A DNA stretch of 64,000 bases from the human T2T-CHM13v2.0 reference genome, Homo sapiens. The stretch is taken from assembly GCF_009914755.1 (NCBI RefSeq), contig NC_060948.1. The stretch is one strand, 5' to 3'. A program made the translations under genes and the position numbers. The notes under the pieces were generated by a model. It was not told where the DNA came from. It did not search any database and saw nothing but the letters and a program-made list of their open reading frames with translations. Below are positions 45,016-56,765 of the stretch, one piece after another; position 1 is the first letter of the stretch; the number at the start of each line of letters is the position of its first letter.

Positions 45016-48000
45016 CTGCTTGATTTACATGATACTGACATATGGTAGGACTATTTAGCATGCCTTGAGGAAGGACTTTCCAATGAAATCGACAAGCTGG
45101 CTTTTCTTTCTTAATAGCTGGTATTGTAAACACAAATTCTTCTCTCTCTCATATTCTGCTGGAGGAATGGTATAGAAGCAACATTTTAAATCAAGAACAA
45201 CTATAGGCCAATCTCGAGGAATCACTGCTGGGGAGGGGAGTCCCTTTGAAGGGGTCACATGGGCTGTAAATTAGCATTAATAGGATGCAAGTCATACAAA
45301 AACCTCCATTTCCCAGGCATTTTGGGAACGAGGAAATAGGTGAATTCCAGGAACTGGTAGAATGTTCAAGATGTCCAGCCTTTAACTGCTCCTCAACTAA
45401 CTCACGAGTTGTCTGTAATTTCTCTACCTTCAGAGGCCACTGTTCTACCCAGACCAGATATTGAGAGAGTCAAGTCAGAGGTAGTGGAGGAATAACAACA
45501 GTGGTCATTGTTAGAAAGGGTTCTGCAGAGTGCCCCCCTCACCACTGGGCTAATAGGTCTCAACCCCAAAGATTAACAGTGATGGGCATGATCAGTGGCT
45601 GTATAGCTGCCTTTCTTCCTTCTGAATCACAGCATGTTTGGGGGCACATGCTCTATTTGGCTGTGGGAGCTTCTCTGATGCTGACAATTTTCTGCTTCTG
45701 AGTGACCCAAGGCCAAATTTCTGGTCAGTTCTGATCATTAATGATTGAAGTGTCTGCCCCCATGTCCAATAATCCATTAAAATTCTTACTACCAATTTTT
45801 AAGGTAATCATGGTCTCTGATCAGTGATTAATTGATTCCAGTATACTCCTGTGCTCCTGTGCTTCCAGAACTTCCCTTTCCCCTTTTGTTGTCATGTGCC
45901 TTAGGGACCCAGTAGGTAAAACATTTTTTTTTTTTTTTTTTTGAGAGAGTCTCGCTCTGTCATCCAGGCTGGAGTGCAGTGGTGCAATCTTGGCTCACTG
46001 CAAGCTCAGCCTCCGGGTTCATGCCATTCTCCTCCCTCAGCCTCCTGAGTAGCTGGGACTACAGGCGCCCACCACCACGCCCAGCTAATTTTTTGTATTT
46101 TTAGTAGAAATGGTGTTTCACCATGTTAGCCAGGATGGTCTCAATCTCCTGACCTCTTGATCCAGCCACGTTGGCCTCCCAAAGTGCTGGGATTACAGGC
46201 GTGAGCCACTGTGACCAGCCCCAGTATGGTAAAATGTTTAACTAAGTTATTTTTTATCCAAGGGTAAGAATATGCAGCTTCCATCATAACCAATATCTCA
46301 CCTTGGTAATCGCTGTCAATTAACCCAGGGAGCACATTAATTCCTTTACTGGATAGGCTAGACTGCCCCAGGACTAATCCTGCTGTTCCTGGAGGCAGCA
46401 GGCCACAGATCCCAGTTGCAACCCTTTTAGGGCTTCTCCCTCTTTTAGCACTAATTTGTCCGGGCAGAGTAAATCGAGTCCTGCACTCCCAGTAGTGGCT
46501 GCTCTAAGAGAGAGGACTGTGGGCTTTCCAGCTGACTGAGGAAAGCCACTGGCATTGCCCCATATGGGAGCAGGGCCTGGGGCTGCCCCCTCATGAAGTC
46601 TCCTGACTGATTTCCTGTGAGGTTGCCATTTTTGTCAAATTTAGACCTGCATCGATTTGCCCAATGTTACCCTTTCCTACAGCTGGAACATATAGAAGAG
46701 GGTTCTTTCCCCGAGTTAGCTTGGTTTTCACTATAGGGGCATTGCCTCTTCCCATGACCTTTCACTCCACATAGAAAACAATTTCGGTTTCTCTCCCTTT
46801 TCACTTTAGGTGGCCTTAATGTCATAGCTAATATTCTGGCCTTGTTTGTCTCAGTTCCTACCAGGTGACATGCTTATATCAGCTCCCTGCTGGCAATCCA
46901 CATTAGTGTTTTCAAAAGCCAATTGCAACAATAAGATAGGAGTGGCCTAGGTGTGACTAATTTGCGTTTTAATTGCCTGAGTTAATCGATCCATAAACTC
47001 AACAAATGGCTTTTGAGGCCCTTGTCAAACATTTACAAAAGACCCCTGCTGAGCTCAGCTCTTGGGAATTCAGTCCCAAGCTCTGAGAGCACACAAAGAC
47101 ACTTGAGCATAGGCCTGGGGCTCAAAATTTAGTTGTTGTTGTACATCAGCATGAGAATACCTCCCCTGGAGCTTATCAACAGTTGTATTTTGCCTGGCTG
47201 CCTGATTCTGGTTGTCTTGTTGTTCGCACAGTTCATCATATTCTACCGTCCAGAGGAGGTATGGGCTAGTCTCCAGAGTTGCTTTAGGCAGCATTGACCA
47301 GTCCCATTGGGCCATACAGAAGTGGTCTGCTAAGGCCTCAATCATTCTTTTTGCAGATGGTCTAGTGGCTCTGTTTTCTTTAATGCTTTTTCTTAGTTCT
47401 TCGTAAGAGTGAAAGGAAACAGGTTCATGTGCTTGATGACCATGTTGGTCTTGCATTACCAGATATGCTAAAAGCTCCCCTTCTAATGCCGCTTGTTTAA
47501 GACAAGGTCCCATAGCTGAAGTATGTTTCTTGCCTTTTTTTCTACTTATAGTAAGAGGGAGGTCAGGAAAACTCTCCATTTCCTCTTTGTTATTTTGGCC
47601 CGGTAATAGTAGGACTGAGGGAAAAGGAGGTGATAAGGCAGGCGATATTTCTCCTTCCTTTTTGTTTTTAGGCTCTTCTGTGTATAAAGCCATCCTTAGT
47701 AAAGCCCATTGTGTTAAAGCTGATGCTGGGACTTGATGCCCTTGTGCATAATATTGTTTATGATTTCTCCCTACTCATTCCCAGAGTTCTATGTCTAGTG
47801 TTCCTTCTTCTGGGAACCATGGATTATATGAGACCACAGTTTATATTAATTTTTGAACCTGTGAAACAAGCTCTGCTAGCCATAAGCAACTGTTTCTATA
47901 CTTTTATATTCTGTTTCTGCTGTGCTGATAACTGTTGTCCCATAATGAAAACTCAGCTTAAACCAACTTTCCTCAGAAGTTGGTGACCTTGAATGTGGAC

Positions 48001-48068
48001 CAATGACTTACCAATTACTCACTGATTTGACCACGTGGTTCCTTTCTTCACCTTCTTTTTCAGGAGTC
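45016..48068 (-). mobile_element. HERV-K-class (betaretroviral, HML-5/HERVK22-like) gag-dUTPase-pro-5'RT fragment with no LTRs
   Basis: Gag start MGQQLSAQQKQ (~47943); two CCHC knuckles (~46650-46780); dUTPase PGLIDSDYQGEI; protease region ~45600-45800; [29 protein letters not shown] and [11 protein letters not shown]. The HML-5 assignment is from recall. Confidence 0.85.
45924..46220 (-). mobile_element. AluY inserted in the HERV-K dUTPase region
   Basis: Full dimer; TSD ccagta(t)ggtaaaa on both sides. Confidence 0.95.
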
Positions 48069-48769
48069 CAAGTCTTCGCTATTGTGAATAGTGCCACAAT
48101 AAACGTAAGTGTGCATGTCTCTTTATTGTATAATTATTTATAATTCTTTGGTATATGCCCAGTAATGGGGTTGCTGAGCCAAATGGTATCTCCAGTTCTA
48201 CATCCTTGAGGAATCACCACACTGTCTTCCACAATGGTTGAACTAATTTACATGCTCACTGACAGCGTAAAAGCTTCCTATTTTCCCACAAGCTCTCTAG
48301 GATTTGTTGTTTCCTGACTTTTTAATGATTGACATTCTGACTGGAGTGAGATGGTATCTCATTGTGCTTTTGATTTGCATTTCTGTAATGTGCAGTGATG
48401 AACATTCTTTCATATGTCTATTGGTTGCATAAATGTCTTCTTTTGAGTAGTGTCTGTTCATATCCTTTGCCCATTTTTTTGATGGCGTTATTTTATTCTT
48501 GTAAATTTGTTTAAGTTATTTATAGATTCTGGATATTAGCCCTTTGTCAGAAGGATAGATTGCAAAAATTTTCTGCCATTCTGAAGGTTGGCTGTGCACT
48601 CTGGCAGTTTCTTTTGCTGTACAGTAACTCTGTAGTTTAATTAGATCTCATTTGTCAATTTTGTATTTTGTTGCCATTGTTTTTGGTGTTTTGGACATGA
48701 AGTCTTTGCCCACTCCTATGTCCTGAATAGTACTGCCCAGGTTTTCTTCAAGGATTTTATTAGTCCTAG
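48069..48769 (-). mobile_element. L1 ORF2 fragment (older L1PA/L1PB), left part; host of HERV9
   Basis: aagtcttcgctattgtgaatagtgcc...gttttcttcaaggattttattagtcctag; continues at 56654. Confidence 0.9.
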
Positions 48770-49541
48770 TGTGTCTGGAAATTATTCCTTCTGGTAGATT
48801 CTTGGTCTCCCTGACTTCAAGAATGAAGCCACAGACGCTCGCAGTGAGTGTTGCAGTTCTTAAAGATGATGTGTCCAGAATTTGTTCCTTCAGAGGTTCA
48901 AATGTGCCCAGAGTTTCTTCCTTCTGGTAGGTGTGTGGTCTCACTGACTTCAGGAGTGAAGTCGCAGACCTTTGCAATGAGTGTTATAGCTCTTAAAGGT
49001 GGCATGTCCAGAGTTGTTTGTTCCTCCTGGTGGGTTTGTGGCATTGCTGACTTCAGGAATAAAGCTGTGGACACTTATGGTGGGTGATACAACTCATAAA
49101 GGTAGTGCAGACCCAGAGTGAGCAGCAGCAAGATTTATTATGAAGAGTAAAAGAACAAAGCTTTCACAGCATGGAGGGGGACCTGAGCGGGTTGCCACTG
49201 CTGGGTTGGGTGGCCAGCTTTTATTCCCTTATTTGATCCTGCCCACATACTGCTGATTGATCCATTTTACAGAATGCTGATTGGTCCATTTTACAGAGTG
49301 CTGATTGGTCCACTTTACAGAGGGTTGATTGGTCCATTTCACAGAATGCTGATTGGTGCATTTACAATCCTTTAGCTAGACACAGAGTGCTGATTGGTGC
49401 GATTTTACAGAGTGTTGATTGGTGCATTTACAATCCTTTATCTAGACACAGAGCACTTGGTGCATTTACAATCCTTTAGCAAGACACAAAAGTTCTCCAA
49501 TTCCCCACCCAACCCAGAAGCTCAGCTGACTTCACCTCTCA
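48770..49541 (-). mobile_element. LTR12 (HERV9 3' LTR)
   Basis: Repeats of ctgacttcaggagtgaagc..cagacc; tandem gctgattggt(c/g)catttt units; ends cacctctca. Confidence 0.95.
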
Positions 49542-52500
49542 ACAGGACATCCCAACTGCTCTTGGGAATTGGGTGATGACCACTCTAGCTACTTCTTGTT
49601 GGATGGGGCATAGATGGGGCCTGCAGTTGTAATGTCCTCCAGAGGGGAACTCTTTAGGCCAGTGAAAGAGCCAGAGGGTCAGTCCAGGGGTCATCAGTAG
49701 AAGTTGTGAGTTTAGCTCATTTGGGGTTCCATTTCTAAGACCATCTGTAGCTTGATGGCCTCAATTCTAGAGGAAACAAATTTGACAAGGAGGTTAAAAA
49801 TACAGGGCCTGAAGGCAAGTAATGGCAAGATGGCTGCCATGGGACCTAGAAAGTGGAGAAGCCATGTTGCCCAACTCCAGAGGTTGGTATAAGAGTTTGA
49901 AAGGTGTTGTCTGATTTCAGAAGCCTTCTCCTGTAAATGCCAGGTGGCATCTTGTACTATTCCTGACTGCTTGGTGTAAAAACAACACTCTTCCCCCAGG
50001 TGCAGAGTCTCTTTTCTCAGCAGTGAGGAGGTCTAGGCCTCAGCAGTTTTGGAGAGTTACTGCTGCCAGAGTCTATTTGGGATTGTAGTGTAAGGATAGA
50101 TTTTGTTATTTCTTGCAAACTGTCTGAGAAATCCTTTGAGAGTGTGTGGTAGTAGGATAATTAAGTAGATTAGATAACTGGCTATTCCAGTTCCTGTAGC
50201 AGTAGCCATTCCTAACCCAATACAGAGGGGTATTAGTTGTATGGCTCTGCACTGATGGACTTGAGTTTTTGAGGGGTACTGATAGGGTCAGATTTCCTCA
50301 GGATTAGAAGTTAGGATAATACGTGCTACACTGTTAACTTTTAGCAAACTTTTGTTGAAAAGTTGTAAGTTTGGGATTTCAATTACTCTATTCTATTAAT
50401 AAGACCTCTTTCAGTCCAGTCCATATTAATTTAGAATTGGTATAGATGGCTACTTCCTGATTTTGTAAGTACTTTAAGGTTTGGCTGAGTGCAAACAGCC
50501 CACATGTTTCAGCAGACCAATTATTAGGCAATTTTCCTAACTCTGCTTTACAAGAGTTTCCTTATCACTTACTGAATACCCATTGTGTCTTTTTCCCTCA
50601 GTCACCCTAGAGGAACCATCTATCATCCTGTCCTGAAGGGAGTTCATCCTAGATCTGGTTGGACATTTTTATGGTAAATAATTAAGACTTAGATCCCCTG
50701 TTAGGAAACCTGCAGGGTTAAAGATTTTTGATAGGAAGGCTATGGGTTGTCAGTGGCCTCAGGGCTTTTGGGCTATGCCCTTGTTTACATGGAAAACAAG
50801 GTGGTATTGGTGTGTTATAGGGTCATGGAGAAGACCTTCAATTATCAGTGATAGGTTTTAAATTTACACTGGCTTTTAAAGTAATAGGGCACACTGTTTT
50901 TTCTTTACTACTTCTCTCTCTTTCCCTCTTTGACTCCTTCTTGGTCTCTCTCTTTCTCTCTTACTTTCTGTCTCTTTCTCTGTTTCCTTTCTGGTAGTCT
51001 TTCCCTGCCTCTGCCAGCCACTTGTGTTGCTGTTCTTCCCTCTCCTTCCCCTTTTGATGGCTTTGGCAGTGTAAGACTGCCACTTCCTTGGGTTTTTGCA
51101 CTGCGTGCAATAACTCCGTGATTTCCTTGTGACATTTAATGGGGTTTCCCCAGAGGTTATGAACTCCCTTTCTTTCCATATTGTAGCATGGGTATGTAGG
51201 ATTAGATAAGCATACTTACTATCTGTATATGCATTTATGCTTCTTCCTTTTCACAGTTCTAAGGCTTGGGTAAGCACCACTAGTTCTGCCAACTGGGCAC
51301 TTGGCCCTGGGGGAAGAGTCTTATTTTCAAGTACGGTTACATCACTAACTATGGCATAACCTGCTCTTCATATCCCATTTGCCACAAATGAACATACATT
51401 GGTATATAGGTTAAGGTCATAATTAGCTAAGGGGACATCTAAGAGATCCTCTCGGGCAGCATAAGTCTGAACTTATTTATCTTAGCATAATTTGTTGGCT
51501 GTCATGCTGAATTGGTTCTCCATCCTCTCAGAGAGAAGTGGCAGGGTTTAGGGCCACATGCGTACACATTTGAAGCTCCAGTTCCTCAAGGAGTAGTGCC
51601 TGGTATCTAAATAGGCAGTTGTCTGATAACCAGAAACCTCCTTTGGCACCTAGTTTGCCATTTACCTCATAAGTAATCCAGACAGTGAGATCCTTTCCTT
51701 GTAGTATTTTGATAGCCTCTCACACTAAGACAGGCACTGCCACAACTACCTGTAACCAGTGAGGCCAGTGTTTTGCTACTACATCAGTTTCCTTACTTAG
51801 GTATGCCACTGATTGTGGGGTTGCCCCATGAGTCTGAGTAAGGGCTCCAAGAGTTATTCCTCCTCTCTCTGTGATGTATAAAGAGAAGTTTTATTTTGGC
51901 TTTTTTTTTTTTTTTTTCCTGTGGGAAGGCTTAAAGCTGGAACTTGTACTATGGCCTGCTTTAAGATTTTGAAGGCTGTTTCTGGGTCTTCTTGATTAGA
52001 GTCTAGAGTGGTCTGGCCATCTTGCTGTATTCAGGGACCCATAGTCAGCAAAAGCCAGTGATGTGCAAGGAACCCTCACAACTGTTTTAATGTCTTAGGG
52101 TGAGGGTAAGCCAGTGATTAATTCCTTGCTGAGGGTCCTGGTCCCTCGGGTTAAGATTAGGCCTAGATATTTGACCTGCTGTAGGCAAAGCTGTGCCTTT
52201 GACCTAGATGCATTGTACCCTTGATTAGATAGTTCAAGGGATTTAGAGTAGTCTGCTGGCATGAGGCTTCTGAACTGTTAGCCAAAAGTAAATCATCCAC
52301 ATACTGAAAGACCAGAGTGTCTGGACTTGAAAAGTAGCCTAGATCTTGGACTAGTGCTTGAGCAAACAGATGAGGGCTATCTCTAAACCCTTGGGGCAAG
52401 ACTGTTCATGTAAGTTGGGATATGTGGTCCATAGGATCCTCAAAAGCAAATAGAAACTGGGAATCAGAATGCAGGGCAATACAGAAGAAGGCATCCTTGA

Positions 52501-55500
52501 GGTGCAGAACAGTGAACCATTCTGCTTCCTCTGGTATTTGAGAGAGCAGGATATAGGGGTGGGGTACAACTGGATATAGAGGAATTACTGCCTCATTGAT
52601 GAGTCTAAGATCTTGCACTACTCTCCACTGACCATTCAGTTTTTGTGCTCCTAGTATAGGGGTGTTGCAGGGACTGCTGTATTTCCTTACTAAGCCTTGA
52701 GCTTTTAAGTGTTTAACGATATCCAGTAATCCTTTATGAGCTTCAGCCCTTAAGGAATGTTGCCTTTGATAAGGAAAACTGTTGGAGTCTTTTAGCCTGA
52801 TTTGGACTGGGTGGGCATTTTTTGCCCTTCCAAATTATCCTTCCAATGCCCAGACTTTAGTGTTGATTCCCTCAAGTAACTTGTTCCCCATATTTATGTA
52901 GATAATTATTTCAGCTTTGGCTAATATATCCCTCCCTAATAAGGGTGTGGGAATTTCAGGCATAACAAGAAAGGCATGTGAAAAGAGTACAGTCTCCCAA
53001 TTACAAATGTGGAGGTGGGAGAAATACCTGGGTACAGGCTGTCCCAGGATTCCTCGAATGGTAATGGACATTGAGGACAGGAGACTAACACCTGCCCAGG
53101 TGTTAATCTGTCCAGGACAGGAGATTAACACCAAGAAAGCCAAGCCAGTGTCCAGGAGGAAGTCAATTTCCTGACCCTTAATGGTTAAATGTACCCAGGG
53201 ATCAGTGAGAGTGATGACATGAGCTGGCACTTGCCCCAGGCACCCTCAGTCCTGTTGTTGGATTGTCTGGTTGGGGGCTTCTGACACAGAGAAACTTTGT
53301 CCTCTGGGGCAGTGTGTCTTCCAATGATTGCCTTGGCATAGTGGACATGGGCAAGGCAGCAGCTTATTTCTTGTTGTACAATCTTTTTTAAAGTGTCCTT
53401 GTAAACCACACTGATAACAAGCCTTACTGGGTTATTGTTCTGCTCTATTTTCTGTCCTCTCTGAACCACCATGGCTTGTTTGCCTGAGGGCCATGACTAA
53501 GGCTGTGGTCTTTTTCTCATCTCACTTTTCCTTTTTGGCCTGTTCCTCTTGGTCCCTATTATAGAACACCAAGATTTTCAGGTTTAATAATGCCTCCAGA
53601 TTTTGTTCAGTGCCCAGGGCTCACTTTTGGAGCTTTCTCCCAATATCTGTGGTGGATTGGGTAATAAGCTTATCTTTTAGGATCAGTTGACCCTCAAGGG
53701 AGTTGGGTGACAGGGGAGTATATTTTCTTAAGGCCTCCTGTAACCACTCAAGGAAGGCAGAAGGATTTTCTTCCTTTCCCTGAGTTATGATGGATATCAT
53801 TTAATAATTAATGGGCTTTTTCCTCATTCTCCCTAGTCCTTCTAGAGCATTGGTCAACAGATGTTTACTACTCCTATCACCATGATCTGAGTCTAGATCC
53901 CAGTGGTGATCCACACTAGGGATTGCTTGTTGACCAGTAGGGAATTTATCCCTTTCTTCAGCTGTCATTCTGTCATTTACTTCACTAAGATACCCAGTAT
54001 CTCCAAACTCTCAGGCTGCAGCTAAAGCAACATTATTTTCATTAAAGGCCAGGGTTTTGTCTAACAATAGCATGACATCTCTGCAAGTGAGATTGAAGGT
54101 GTGCCCTAGACCATGTAGGAAATCTGTTTACCTATGAGGATCATCTTAAAACTTCCCCAGGTGTGCCTTGATGTGCTTTAAATCAGAGAGGGAAAGGGGG
54201 ACATTCCCCTCCCCCTACAGCTTGAAGGGGATATAACTGATAGCCCAGGGATTTTTGTGGTCCTTTGGGGATTTCTCTGCTTGTTTCCTTCTGGGTGGGG
54301 GAGATTAGAGGAGACATCATTAAAAGGAAGGGGAGCCATAGGGAGTCTAGGATATGGGGGTAAGCTAAAAGGCCTTCCTTTGGGATATAAATTGCAAGTT
54401 TTGCATATTTTTGGATTCTCCTTCAATGAAAAGAAAGTTTGAACATAAGTTATTTCACTCTATTGCCTTCCCTCTTAACAGAAAAGTCAAGCTGCAGGAT
54501 AGTATTGTAATTTATACTTCCCTCAGGTGGCCATTTTTCCCCATCAGAGAGAGAATATTGGGGTCAAGCCATAGTGCAGAAAAAGATGAGCCATCTCTTT
54601 TTCAGGGTTTGTGGGACAAATTGATCACAATGGCTTAGGATGCATTTCAAGGATGAGCCTGTTGATGCCTGAGTGTTTCCCATCTGAAAGACAAAACCAC
54701 TCATGGTTTTGGTTTATTCATTTCTCTCCCTGCCCAATAACCTGCAATGGTCCCTGGACCCTGCTGATCAGAATAGTTGCACTCACTGATGCAGCAGCAG
54801 AAATGCCTCCTGCCCAAGTACCCACAATGGCCCCTGCACCCTGCTGATAGGAAAAGTTGTGCTCAGTGACGTAGCAGCAGAAATACTAGTTTTCCTCCTA
54901 GACCACAAGGAGGAATGAGGAATGTCAGATTTAGTGGCCCTTACTGATGCATTCTCAAAAAACCTGTTAGAGTCCTAAGGACTCTCCTGTTAATATTGGG
55001 ACCTTACCACTCTCCTATAAAGACGTTATGCCCCAAAAATGAAGTGGAGGGCCATACGCTGAGGGAGGGAAGGCATTTCCAGGCTTGGAAGAGTGATAAC
55101 TTTTGTCTTCACTTGAATGGGAAGGATATCATTTCTGAGGCTCCCCTTCTCCTAGCTTTAGGAAAAGCTTTTGTTGGGCCTGCTTATCTGAGAAAGGATC
55201 CTAAAATTCCAGATAGTCCCCCCTACAATGGGGCTTTGGGCAAAAATTATGTCTTTCTAATTGGTGGGCCCAGTGCCTAAGAAGGCAATAGTGTCCTGGA
55301 GTTTATACTAGAAATCATTCTTATAGGAGAAACTATAAAAGCACCAGAAACAGGGAGTGGTTTTTAGAAGCATGACTAGCCTCAGAGAAGAGAGGTGAGA
55401 GGAAGTTCATCTGACAGGCATTAGGACACAGGAGGCAAGGGTCAGGATAGATAGGATAGACAGGCAAGTCTCACTTGGGCAATGTAACTTCAAGAGTTCC

Positions 55501-55850
55501 ACTCATGGCTACAGGGTCAACCAATTTATTGTCGGACCCTCCAGCTGAATGGCTTTCCTCTCTGTTGACCCTCAGCTTAGCCTAGAAGTACAGGAAGAGT
55601 GCAAGCTGATTCCAGGCAAACCAACGCTCCCAGCTCCGAAGAGTCTGCGGTTGTTAGAGAGCCCTTTCCCAGAAAGGGCTGACACCTGTGTATTTAGTCC
55701 AGCAGCTGTGCTAGTCACTTTTAACTGGCCAACAATTTCCTGGTATTTAGCCCCCGAATTCTAAGGAAAAATAGGACAATAGCAAGGGAAAGGGGTCCAA
55801 TGGGACTTACCGATTGGTGAGAGTCAATAATCCCTTTGTGGTTGCCAAAA
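49542..55850 (-). mobile_element. HERV9 internal region (gag, pro, RT, RNase H, env TM remnant), all disrupted
   Basis: Protease FLLDTG; RT LKDAFFCI, PQGFRDSPHLF, QYVDDLLL; RNase H AVLHCQSHQKG; env immunosuppressive domain AAVTLQNC*GLDLLTAEK (~50010-50065); Arg-type PBS tggcaaccacaaaggga at ~55831-55847. Confidence 0.93.
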
Positions 55851-56649
55851 TGTGTCCAGAATTTATTCCTTCTGGTGTGTTCTTGATCTCAGTGACTTCA
55901 AGAATGAAGCTGTGGACCCCCGCACTGAATGTTACAGCTTTTAATGATGATGTATCCAGAGTTTGTTCCTTAAGTTGTTCAGATGTGTCTGGAGTTTCTT
56001 CCTTTCAGTGGGTTCATGGTCTCACTGGCTTCAGAATTGATGCCTCAGACCTTAGCAGTGAGTGTTACAGCTCTTAAAAGTGGTGCATCAGGAGTTGTTT
56101 TTTTGTCCTGGTGGGTTTGTGGTCTCACTGACTTCAGGAATGAAGTTGCGGAACCTCACAGTGAGTGTTACAGCTCATAAAGGTAGTGCAGACCCAAAGA
56201 TTGAGCAGCAGCAAGATTTATTGTGAACAGTGAAAGAACAAAGTTTCCACAGCATGGAAGGGGACCTGAGCAGGTTGCCGCTGCCGGCTTGGTTGGCTAG
56301 TTTTATTCCCTTATTTCGCCCCATCCATCCTGCTGATTGGTCAGTTTTACAGAGTGCTGAATGGTCTCTTTTACAGAGTGCTATTGGTCCCTTTTACAGA
56401 GTGCTGATTGGTCCATTTTACAGAGTGCTGATTGGTCCATTTTACAGAGTGCTGATTGGTGTATTTACAATCCTTTTAGCTAGACACAGAGTGCTGATTG
56501 GTGCAGTTTTTACAGCGTGCTGATTGGTGCATTTGCAATACTTTAGCTAGACACAGAGCCCTGATTGGAGCATTTACAATCCTTTAGCTAGACATAAAAT
56601 TTCTCCAAGTCTCTACCTGGCCCAGAAGCTCAGCTGGCTTCACCTCTTA
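55851..56649 (-). mobile_element. LTR12 (HERV9 5' LTR) with NF-Y/CCAAT tandem repeats
   Basis: Homologous to 48770-49541; 4-bp TSD ctag (48766-48769) / ctaa (56650-56653) restores the L1 sequence gtcctaggtcttac. Confidence 0.95.
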
Positions 56650-56653
56650 CTAA

Positions 56654-56765
56654 GTCTTACATTTAAGTCTTTGATCCATCTTGAGTTGATTTTCATAAAT
56701 GGTGTTAGGAAGGGGACCAGTTTCAGTTTTCTGCATATGGCTAGCCAGTTTTCCCAACACTATTT
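56654..56765 (-). mobile_element. L1 fragment, right part (continuation of 48069-48769)
   Basis: gtcttacatttaagtctttgatccatcttgagtt...gctagccagttttcccaacac. Confidence 0.9.

Noticed and set aside
47070-47693. 207-aa ORF as a domesticated gag
   Set aside because: A fragment of HERV-K gag flanked by stops and frameshifts; no evidence of selection visible
49250-49470. Short tandem units resembling a CRISPR-like array (also 56330-56580)
   Set aside because: These are the normal LTR12 U3 enhancer repeats, with no unique spacers, in eukaryotic DNA
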